Shown piece after piece: positions 13,701-24,215 of a stretch of DNA of 64,000 nucleotides (position 1 is the stretch's first letter; every line of letters starts with the position of its first letter). The notes beneath the pieces were generated by a model, which was given only the letters and a program-made list of their open reading frames with translations, did no database searches and was not told where the DNA came from. The stretch lies in contig CM060731.1 of the NCBI GenBank assembly GCA_030704615.1, positions 24,552,001 to 24,616,000 on the forward strand, written 5' to 3'. Made by a program: the position numbers and the translations under genes. The stretch comes from Takakia lepidozioides. Taxonomy: Eukaryota > Plantae > Bryophyta.

Positions 13701-14305
13701 GCAGCCAGCTCGGAGCGAGAACCATCGAGGTGATGTTGTCGTAGGAGCTGCACAATGGACCGGGTTGGAGTTATGCTCGAGGGCACATGCGTAGCACCTA
13801 CAGAGACGTCCATGTCGGATTTGAACGACCGTGTGGAGGACATGGGTACCTCAATGCAATCATCTTCCTCGTCGGAAATGTCGAATACGTCCACACGAGA
13901 AGCTATGGAGGGTCTTGACGGTCCAGGTCGGGAATGATTATCGTTGCATACCTCTCTGTTGGCAGTGGCCGCCTCTCAGTTTCCGGACTCCTTTGTGGAT
14001 GGTGTGGGCAGCAACTGATTCGGAAAGGGAATGGGCATTCCCACAGCTCGGTACAGGATGGTGTCTGACGGGGGAACGTGCCATTCGATTCCGCAACCTC
14101 CGTCGTTACCTAGCACGACAATGGTCTCGTCAACCTGTCCAGGAACATCCTTCCTTTCTTCTTCCAAATAAACTGTGCCCGGTTTGAGCTTGAATTTGGA
14201 ACAAAGGTAAGTTTCAGTCACTCTGCAAAGTCCTCCCTCGTTTGGGATCCAGGCTCTCCCAAGTTGCGGAGGACAGCAAACTATAGCGTAGGAATTCGGA
14301 GCCAT
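10709..14305 (-). pseudogene. MULE-type DDE transposase with N-terminal GCM/WRKY-like Zn domain and C-terminal SWIM finger (~1170 aa reconstructed)
   Basis: ATG at 14305. In-frame stops at 13976 and 13547, a frameshift at ~12620, and an in-frame GT-AG intron at 12221-12140. Motifs: VMFDH (D1), FMADN (D2), CGFH (CxxH), TNMAESVH (E), SWIM CNC...CPCKH, and N-terminal CAGKLRC...CAHC...HVGVHCHP. Confidence 0.8.
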
Positions 14306-14729
14306 GGAACACCGCACGGAGTTGGCAAGTGCGAGGTTCAGTGCGACAGACCAAGGCTCACAAGCACCATCTCAGTGGATCTGCGGAGTCCATCGACGAT
14401 TGGAAGTCGCACATTGAAGTGGGAAGTATTGTTTCAAGCTACATGCATGAAGGTGGGAGGTTTGATTCCATAGCCAGTGAGTATGACAATGATAGCCGAT
14501 TCGGCGACGAAATAACATCTCCTGACAGTTTCTCCTGAGGGTGGATCCAGCAGTATTCTCAGTGCAGACAGGAACGTTCGCACTGACAAGTGCCAGGACT
14601 GCTGGTTAAAACGGTCAGACAACCAAGTTGTGCTCATCAAGACTGGCCGCAATTGTGTTGTTTCGGAACAATGCAACCCATTCAGGTTCCAGATTTCCCG
14701 TCCCGAGTGATTCTTTCGATTGCTGGTGG

Positions 14730-15820
14730 ACGGAAATACGGCGCCGCATTTCCGTATTGCATCTTGGTCATGCACCAGAGCGACGGAAATGCGGCACCGA
14801 GTTTCCGTCCGGGGGAAACCTTTATACTCTCCAGAACGGAAATGCGGTAACGCATTTCCATCCAGCAAGCACGGTATGTGAAGGTGGAACGGAAATGCGG
14901 TACCGCATTTCCGTTCTGATTGAGATTTATGAACAACGGGAACAGAAATGCGGCACCGCATTTCCGTCCGAGTCGCACTTTTCCGACATTTCAGAACGGA
15001 AATGCGGCGCCGCATTTCCATTTTGTATCTGATGCATGGAGCTGAGGGATAGAAATGCTGCAGCACATTTCCGTCCATAAAAGACATTCATACTCTCCAG
15101 AACGGAAATGCGGTACCGCATTTTCATTCAACAAGCACGGTATGTGAAGGTGGAACGGAAATGCGGTACCGCATTTCCGTTCTGATTGAGAATTATGAAC
15201 AACGGGAACAGAAATGCGGCACCGCATTTCCGTCCGAGTCGCACTTTTCAACATTCCAGAACGGAAATGCGGCGCCGCATTTCCATTTTGTATCTGATGC
15301 ATGGAGCCGAGTGCGATTCCGACACCTTCATACAGCGCAATTCCGACCGCTTGAGACAATCATACTATCTAGAACGGAAATGCGGCACCGTATTTCCATC
15401 CGAGTCGCACCTACCAACATTCCTGACGGAAATGCGGTACCGCATTTCCGTTTTGACTGAAAATCGTGAACCATCGGAACTGAAATGCGGTAGCGCATTT
15501 CCATCCGAGTCGCACCTCCCAACATTCCAGAACGGACCGTATTAGATTCAAAAGGGAAATGCGGCACCGCATTTCCGTTCTGATGAAATATCCTGAAACA
15601 TCGGAATTGAAATGCGGTACCGCATTTCCGTCGGAGTCGCACCTTCCGACATTCCAAAACGGAAATGCGGCGCCGCATTTCCGTTTTGTATGTGAGGCAT
15701 GGAGCTGTGCTACGGAAATGTATTGCCACATTTCCATCCATGTGAGACCTTCAAACTTTCCAGACCGGAAATGCGGCACCGCATTTCTGTCCAATTGAGA
15801 CCTCTATACTTTCCTGAACG
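14730..15820. repeat. Array of ~20 26-bp palindromes (ACGGAAATGCGGTACCGCATTTCCGT) separated by ~27-bp variable spacers, 53-bp period
   Basis: Units start at 14730, 14783, 14836, 14889, 14942, 14996, 15049, 15102, 15155, 15208, 15261, (15314 degenerate), 15374, 15426, 15479, (15532 truncated), 15553, 15606, 15659, 15712, 15765 and (15818 truncated). Confidence 0.95.
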
Positions 15821-15835
15821 AAAAGCCGCGCGACA

Positions 15836-16423
15836 TTTGGCGACCATACTGGGGAACTGGGTCATGAACAACCAGATGTGACAGGCATCTGGTGGGATCA
15901 TGGTGGATGGAGAATTAAAGAATTTGATGTGAATCAAATTCCCTGTGAAACTGAGAAGGAAAGATTGTCCAAACGATTCTTTCAGAGGTTCTTGGAATTG
16001 CCAGACGGTTGTAAAGAAAACATTCTTAAGAGAGTGCATGATGCTGACCCTGAATGGGGTTTGGAGAAAGGAGTGATAAAGATTTATTAGGTGGCCTGTA
16101 GAGGAAGAGCACGTTGGTTACCAACACTGGTTTATGTGATAGCATTGCTATCCATTGAGCGAGTAGAGTTTGAAGGCTGGGAGGAAAGAAATGTGAATGT
16201 TTATACTCATATGCATGAAGAGCTTGTACTGGTAAAGAATTGGATTCCAAAGGATATTTTGTGGATCAAACTCACACCAAGAACAGCTTTCCAGACTTGT
16301 TTGCCATATGGTTATATGGTAATGGAGACTTCTAGTATAGCCAAGGGTGCATTGAAGCTTGAGAGAAACCCAGGCATATACGAGAGATATTACAGAAGAG
16401 AGTTTTGGTTATTGCCACATTAA
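15836..16423 (+). pseudogene. ORF0 of copy 3 (start lost with the LTR, internal stop at 16088)
   Basis: 15878-16090 and 16091-16423 are in one frame and match 29530-30171. Confidence 0.6.
15838..15855 (+). promoter_or_regulatory. PBS of copy 3
   Basis: TGGCGACCATACTGGGGA after the LTR remnant. Confidence 0.8.
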
Positions 16424-16444
16424 AAGAAATGAAAGACATGGGAC

Positions 16445-19388
16445 ATGAGTGATGAAAGAGAAGCTAGACTCCAGAGATATTCAGCAAAAAGAGAAAGCTA
16501 TCTGAAAGCTAATTATCCATATCTTTGGGAGAGAGGAATAGACATAGGGGAATCATCTGGACCTCTCACACCATTAAGATCAAAGAGTACATCACCCATA
16601 CCGGAAGAACTAGAGTTGGATGCCACTCCTTCTTTTTCTTTGTAAGAAAGATTAAGGGAATTGGTACGGGAAGAAGATCAAACACGAAGTGAAAGATCTG
16701 AGATACATCCTTGGATAAAAGATTTGACAGAAATCTTTGATAAGAGTTGGCATGGAACACCAAAAGCAGGAACTCCAGTTTCTGAAGCGGAAGGTGAAGA
16801 AGGAGGAGAGGATGTGGCAGAGCCAACGGAGAGTTCAGACTCTCCAACACCATTGCAGTTGAGTTACATGAGTGAAGAAGAAACCCAAGGGCAGAACTTG
16901 GAGGATGAAAATAGAGAGAAGAAATTGGAAGAGGAAGAGTATGAAGAAGTAGACCCAACAGCTGAGGTTGAGACTACAACCAGGACATCCCAACCCGTTG
17001 GACCTGGATCAGGTGGAGCACTTGGATCACAGGTCAACGAAGGTGTCGCCTCAGGGGGATCAGGCGGGCTGCCTGGATCTGGCTCTGGGGGGACAGGGAG
17101 TTTGGGAAGTAGTGCAACTGGAGCTGGGAATACTGTGAATATCGTGGGGCCAGTAGCAGGGAGTGCTCAGGGGCCACCACTTGGTGGAAGATCCACCACA
17201 ACTACAACAGGTCCTGAAGGACTAGCACCAGCAAGGGTGCCAGCACCTGAGAGTGGGCAGAAGGTAGGGCCAAAGATGGCGTTACAACCAACACGGGCAA
17301 AACCACCTTTTCCAATATATTCAGGAAAAGGGGATCCCGATGTACACATTAGCCAATTTGAGCACATGTGTATAGTGAACAATGAGAATGGCGATGATGC
17401 CAAGATGAGATTGTTTCCTTGTTCACTTATCAAGAAAGCAAGTGAATGGTATGCAAGATTCCCTGATAATCATTTCCTAACTTGGAATGGCTTGAATACA
17501 GCATTCCGGTTCAGGACAAGTAAAACTGAGGATGAAGTGTATGGAAGTTTACAACAGTTAAAGCAAAAGAAGCATGAAACTGTTGAGGAGTATATGGAAA
17601 AGATGGAATTGATGATGAAAAAGCTGGCTGCTGTACCAGCACCTGGTTTACAGAAGACTTGGTTTGTGAGTGGACTAAGACCAGAGTTGCAAAAGAAAGT
17701 GGATATGTTACCCCATAATACAGTGGAGGAGGCATTTGAAACTGCAAACAAAATTGAGCAATTGGGAATGCTCAGGAGAGAGAAAAGGGATGATGAGGAC
17801 TCTGAGGATGAGTGAGATGAAGAAGAAGAGCAAGAACTAAAAAGGAAGAGTAAGAGAAAGGAGAAGTTGAAGAGGGATAACTATGAGAAAAGATTAGAAG
17901 AAATCTTGAAGAAGTATGCCACAGAGGCTGCAACACATTGGAGGAAGGGTGTATGGTTCGCAAAGTGCCAGAATGAAGGCCATACCACCACTGAATGCCA
18001 CATGAAGGAAAAACACTGTACTATCTATAAAATGGATAACCATTCTACTGAGAATTGTTACTACAACAGAAGGACAGCTGCAAGAGAACCTAGGCAAGTA
18101 AGGGTGCATCAAGTGCAACCCCAGTCAAGAAGAAACAATGATCAGGACCACTATGGTAGGCCTGGTGGTTATAACAATGGCATGGAAGGGAGAGGTAATT
18201 CAAGAGGGAATTACCAAGGAAAATCCAGAGGCAACTATCAGGGTAATCCAAGGGGGAATTACCAGCCAGGGAATCAGGATTACAGAAATAATCCAAGAAC
18301 AGACCAAGGGCGAGGACCCAATGGTGAAGAACTGTGTTACTATTGTAATCAGTCAGGACATCGCAAGGCAGCCTGTTCATTCTGGATTAGACACCAGAAT
18401 GAGATGAGAGCTCCTGTGAATGAGGGCCCAGTGGTGGCAGCTCACATGGTTAGGCCATGTGTTGTACAAGAAGTAAGTACAATGATAGTAACAAGAAGCA
18501 AAGCCAAACTAATACCTCTAGTAGTTGAGGAAGATGATGATAATGAAGCTGGCAGTGATATGCCTGAAGATGATGAGGCTTGGAGAGATGAGAAAGAACT
18601 GCACAAGGAAGTGGCAGATACCATAAGGGAAATGCAGAAGAGTACTGATATTCCTGTGGCAGATTCCTCTGATTCTAATGGAGAAGAAGAAGTGAGTGAG
18701 GATGAAAGGAAGAAAGAAGATGCAGACATGCAAAGTAATGAAGGGACTTTGACTGAAATAATATGCCAGACCAAAGCAGAGATTACCATTGGACAGCTAT
18801 TGGCTGTGGCACCTTTTTGTAGACACAGGCTGTATCAAGCAATCAATCGAATTGCCCAGGAGACAGGAAACACAGACCTGAACAGCAAGGTGACCAGTTA
18901 TAATGTGAAGCCGGAAGGGCGAGAAACAGTCATGGACTTTGATGATTCTATGCCAGTAATCCAATTGAGAATTGGAAGCACATAACTAACTGATGTACTG
19001 ATAGATGGAGGTTCTGGAGTGAATATCATGACAGACCAATTAAGGAAGAAACTTGGTCTAAGTAACATGAAACCAGCCCCATTTACAGTAACAATGGCAG
19101 ATCAAAGAAGTGTACAGCCATTGGGATTGATAAGAGGAGTTAAGATACAGATACAGAAGATGATCTTTATGATCACAGTAACTGTGTTGAAGATGGATGA
19201 AGTCATGGAGGCTTACTCCTTATTATTGGGACGTCTGTGGCTGAAACAGGCCAGGGTATTCCATGACTGGAATTCTCAGTTACTAACCGTGCATAGTGGG
19301 ATGCACGAGATACAAATTACCACTAAGAAATCTAGTAGATTACCTGCTACGAGAAGACCTCAAGGGGTCAGAGAGTATGATTGGAGAG
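16445..19388 (+). pseudogene. gag-pol: gag-PR of copy 3, 5' part
   Basis: One frame with stops at 16643, 17813 and 18983. Contains YSGKGDPDVHISQFE, CCHC knuckles (CYYCNQSGHRKAAC) and LIDGGSG. Confidence 0.9.
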
Positions 19389-20311
19389 TGTCACGCGGCT
19401 TTTACTCACCCATCCCTTCGCTATCCGAGGCGGAAACTCCAAGATAGAAGAGTTGGAAATCTCTAAGCACTCAGTCCGCTCAGAACAATCAGTCATGACC
19501 TACAGCTAGTGTATCATGGGGTTGTTTCCTATTTGTTTTCCTTCCCACATTCATGTTAGCTGGTTACCTTTCTGTTGGTAATTAAGTATCAGTTTGCTTC
19601 AGCAATCTATCGGATTCCATCATTTCATCCATTCATTCCACAGCTTCACTCAGATCTCTCTACACAGTGTGAGTATGAAGTATGTATCAGATTAATATCT
19701 ATCAAATAGCAGGCTGAAGCCATGGAGTCTCTAATCTGCTCTACATTACAACCCTACTGCTTGCATTCATTAAGCATCAACAGATCGTCCTCCTGCTACT
19801 CTGTGCTCTCTCTCTCCTTCCGCTCAGAGATGCGCTCTCTCCTCCTTTCCTCCCGTGATGTCCGAAGTCCCCCCCCAGCAGCGATTCCCCCAAAAAGTGA
19901 TCTTTTTCCCGTCCTCGCTCCTCGCTTTATCTTCCTACCCGTTGCTCTAACCGTTTCCCTCACTAACCGTCATCTGTGTACTAACATGTTCCATTCGTAG
20001 ATGTTGTTCCCCCTAGTCGTTCCCTGTCCTGCTATCCGTTCCCTATGGTCGTGACAGCTGTGTCAAGCTGTGACTGGCTGTGCGACTGTGTCGAGCTGTG
20101 ACTGACTGTGACGGCTGTGTCTGGCTGTGACTGGCTGTGTCGGACTGTGACGAGCTGTGTTGGCTATGTCGGAATGTGACGGACTGTGTAACTCCCTTCT
20201 AAAGTGCGCTGCTGTCACCCCTAAGGCTCCTGTTGGTCTCAGTCTGTGCAAAAATTAAGGGTACCCCACAGATCCCATATAAGTGTCTAAGTCCCAGACA
20301 GTCCTCTAACA
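19389..20311 (-). repeat. LTR family A, 3' LTR of copy 4
   Basis: TGTCACGCGGC...CCTCTAACA on the + strand, adjacent to the reverse PPT. Confidence 0.95.
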
Positions 20312-20406
20312 TGACCCCTTCCCCTCTCAAAAAGTCGTGTCCTCACGGTTTACTGATTGGGATTAGCAAACCTTTGTGAGCGAGTACCTTTCTGACGTTG
20401 AGAGTC

Positions 20407-23300
20407 TCATGAAGGACTCTGTGTACGAGCCCGAGGTCTGTCACTGGTTGACGGAGATGATTGAACACTACCTGGATATGTGAGGTCCTCTGGAGGCTGA
20501 TATCGAGGTAACCTTTCAGGCATAGGAGACCCCCGAATTGCATAGTCTTCTCCCATGTCAAAAGAGTCCGCTGAAGAAATAGTTGTATCTGAATCCTCAT
20601 CGCCTCTCAGGTGTTTTAATTGTCGAACTTTTTGTGGAATCCTCTGGGGCATACAATGTTGTCCTACCATGTCTGGAAGTTTAAATTTTAAAACTTGCTG
20701 CAAACGCTGAATGGCAAAATTGGTGAAGACCCTGAGCTCTTTGTCTGTCCAGGTGAGTGGGGTACCAATGACTTGTGAATTGTGCAAGTATTTCCATCCT
20801 TCATGTCCCTTAAAGAAAATATCGTCAGGGCCGAACGAATTTGAGAATCCTTTTGCATCATAACTTTTGCCTCATATAGGTACATATGAGGTGGCACTGA
20901 AGGTAAGACCCAATGATCCCCACTGGAATAACTCAGAAAGCGCGATTGCATCTTGTGCTGCTCAATGTGGTAACGTACCAGAAAACAAGCAGCGTAGTAT
21001 ACCCCAAAGCCCATGACAATACTTGCTACCTCCTTGGTCTTGGTATAAATGAATCCATGTACAACTTGGAAGGCAATTAATTCCTTCAACATGGTACTTG
21101 CCACATGCCACTACTGCGCAAAGTGATGATCCTCAATGGGTCGATTGTTTGGAAGAACCTTAGTTCTAGTTGCCACTGGCAGCCAACTGCGCATGATTTG
21201 ATAGTAATGTGCCAATGATTGCGGAGGACTAAATTCTTTCCAAGCCAAATCCAACACAATGGGAATTTGGTTGAAGGGTATAATCATAGCCCTACTGTAC
21301 TCCCTTGCAACTGGAGTTTTAGGTGGGTTAAAAGCAGCATTTCCCCATACCTCAGGTTGTGGTGGCTGTGGTGTGGCTGTAGTAACAACAGGGTCAGGTA
21401 CAGTGACTTGTTGTGGTGTTGGTGGCACTGGCTCTTGTACCATTGGCATCTCCTGCACCTCTTGTGAAGAAGACTGAAAAGCTAAAGTTCTCGCTTTTAA
21501 ATAAGAAGCCATTAACTGTTCCTCAGGTACACAGACTCTGTTGTCGATATTTGAAGTGAGGTCCTCCACTTGAGTCTGCAAGCCCTCTACATCCTCCTGT
21601 AACTTCGCTATTCTACTATAGACATTGTCTATAGTAGTTGTGGCAATGTTCTGCACTTGCAGTCTGAGCTCATTCATCTCGCTTTGGGTGAGCTTTCGTG
21701 GTGTTTTGCCCTACACTGGCCCTTGTGCTAACTAGACCTGCATAAGGTGGTTATCCACTAAGTTGCTTGTGGTACCTCTAAGAGTCTGCTCCTCTCTGAG
21801 TTTGTACATATCTAACTGCTGTTGTAAAGCCTCCATGCGCTTCGCATGAGGTTCAACCAAATTTGCATAGGCAGCAAGCAGATTATTGGCTTCCTTCCAA
21901 GCCTTGTTAGTGACAGAGATTTCATTTCTATTGGCCATGACCGTTTGTTGCAACTCCAGTATGTGTCTCTCTTGGTCAGCTTCAACCTGTCTGTATTGCT
22001 TGAAAGTATCCTCATTGCGACAGATTGTATTCTTCATATCGACAATGAGTTTCACTTGCTCAACATTTTCTGCCTCTGCCTTCGTACATCTTTCCGCTTG
22101 ACTGTTTATTTCTGTTGTAGATTGGTCAAGCATAGTTGTGAGTGTAGCACATTGGATGGCCATCCTGTCATGCACTGTCTGCAACTCCGTATGTAGTGCA
22201 TTCACTTGTTGCAACTTGCTTTCATGCTTCACTTGCATTTGGTATAGCTGTTGCTTATGTGCTTGGTGCAATTGGTCTTGCGCGAGACCCGCCTCAATCA
22301 ATTGTTCCTTGGCCAATTGCAAAGCCGCTTCTGTACTCTCCAAGACTTGCTGCATCTTGAGAGTGACCTCTTCATCGACCTTATTTGCACACTCTGTGGC
22401 AAGTCGAGCCTCAAACTCCTTCCTGAGTTCCTCCCTCAAAGCTGCCAATTGAGTAGTGGGAACATGGATTTGACATAAGTACCCAACAAATTAAGTGTCC
22501 TGCTTATGGAACTCATAAGCATAGCCTGTTGAGGGTCATCTTGGTGAGCTTGTTGCTGTTCTCCCTGATCCTCAACAGTGTGATGCCTTACGAACCACTC
22601 AGGCCATTGCCCCACCAGATTTTCTTCATGAACCACTCCATCTGTCACTGGTGCTGCAGTGTCTTGGCATTCTACCTGTGGTACCTCCGTCACAGGTGTG
22701 TGTATTATATGCGCCGCAGGGTTTCCCGTGGACAACCATTGCACCTCCGGAATCACTGTGTCCTTGACCATACCAGAATATTCATACAGAAGGTCCCCCT
22801 TCTCAATTTCTGCCACCACCTGTTCTGTAGTGGGAATATCTAACCATTCTTTTTCTAAATCAATTATTTCTGGTTGAACTGCATGGACAACTTGTGGTAA
22901 CTTTGTGACAAGCCGATCATCTGGCTGTGATGGCTGTGATACTGAAGTAACTTCCTCTTCCCTCTCTGAAGGTCATGCTTCCAGTAATAGCAGTTCTCTG
23001 TGCTGCTGTGCCCCTTCCTGTACAAGAGCTTGGGAAACATTATCATGCGGATTCCGTGAAGCCAATGGATCCGCCACTACAGTCTTTCCCCGTCTCTGTC
23101 TCTTAGTCTCGGGTTGCCCTGCCAGTCCATCCTCACTGTGTGAAGAGCCTTGCTCTTCCATTGCAGTGGTTTCTGGCTCAAACACTCTCATCTCCTTTCT
23201 TTCTCGCGCATCAAGTATGCCAGAATCAAAAAATTATTTGAGCAATGATTGGGCCAGACACTGTGATGAGAGACTGCAATCTTTTGAAATGTTTTGGCTG
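20407..23300 (-). pseudogene. Extra 3' ORF of copy 4 (coiled-coil protein), N-terminal domain deleted, stops/frameshifts
   Basis: Pieces 22973-23191, 22436-22819, 21732-22448, 21111-21677, 20688-21104 and 20407-20787 match 34933-38490. Confidence 0.8.
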
Positions 23301-23984
23301 TAACAATTGAAGAAATGCCTGTAGTGCACAAAGCATAAACGTATGGTTGCCACAAAAAGCTATGGGTAATTTCTTGTAAGCCTGCGGGGCTTGCAAGCAT
23401 CGATCAAGAGAAAAGATCCGTTCTGTTCTTTCGTCCCTATGCCACTTCGTAAGTAATATAGCGAGCGTATAGTCTGTTAGTTCCTCCATAGCTTCAAAGC
23501 TATCGCATTGATGGTTTGTCCCGTCGAGACGCCCGTTACTTAGAACGACGCCGACTCTTGCGCTTAATTTCCCTCCAATTTCTTGATCCCTTCTCTGGCT
23601 TTCGATTGGCTGTCACCGTTGTGACTGGATTTTAGATTTAATTTTCTTTAGTGGACCTTCCCTGCTGGACTGTCCACTAGGATAACACATGTGACAATAA
23701 TTTCGCTTTTCTGTACTTGCCGTTTGTTCTGTTGCCCCTTTTCTGTATTCATTAATGGGCCCGCCATTCATCCAAATTGACGCGCTGATTAGGTATTTTG
23801 ACGGCCATTCTTGTCCTCTTTCTTGATGAAATCTGTTCTTGCACTTCCTTCTCAGCTGTGTGCTGCGCCCTGACTTCCACGTGTCCCTTTCTAAACTGAC
23901 TTCCGTCCTTTCTTCCGCCAGCCATTTCCCTGAAGTTATCCTGCGTCCACCTGTCACTGATTCTATGGATTGTGTAACCCTAGT

Positions 23985-24215
23985 AGGCTGTGTTAAGCTG
24001 TGACAGGCTGTGTCATACTGTGGTATGCCGTGATAGGCTGTGACACACTGTGGTAAGCTGTGACACGCTGTGGTAGGTTGTGATATGCTGTGTCGCGCCT
24101 TGATGGGCTGTGATAGGCTGTGTCGCGCTTTGATGGACTGTGATAGGCTATGTCGTGCCTCGATGGGCTGTGATAGGCTGTGTCGCGCCTTGATGGGCTG
24201 TGATAGGCTGTGTCA
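23985..24215. repeat. 10/30-bp tandem repeats after pol (GACACAGCCTATCACAGCCCATCAAGGCGC type); also at 34080-34230
   Basis: Repeated ctgtgataggctgtgtcgcgccttgatggg units on the + strand. Confidence 0.8.

Larger units (their letters stand above)
9858..15820 (-). mobile_element. Mutator-like (MULE) DNA transposon, right end missing
   Basis: Abrupt start (GAGGTTTACT...) inside the integrase of copy 1, short terminal repeats, a DDE transposase gene, and a palindromic array ending abruptly at an LTR remnant. Confidence 0.75.

Noticed and set aside
14730-15820. True prokaryotic CRISPR array
   Set aside because: There are no cas genes, the context is eukaryotic, spacers recur in a few related families with block duplications, and repeats are degenerate throughout rather than only at one end.
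14434-15881. Many overlapping ORFs (TEMRYRISV / GNAVPHFR / KCGTAFP repeats)
   Set aside because: Translations of a stop-poor palindromic array. The 53-bp period is not a multiple of 3.
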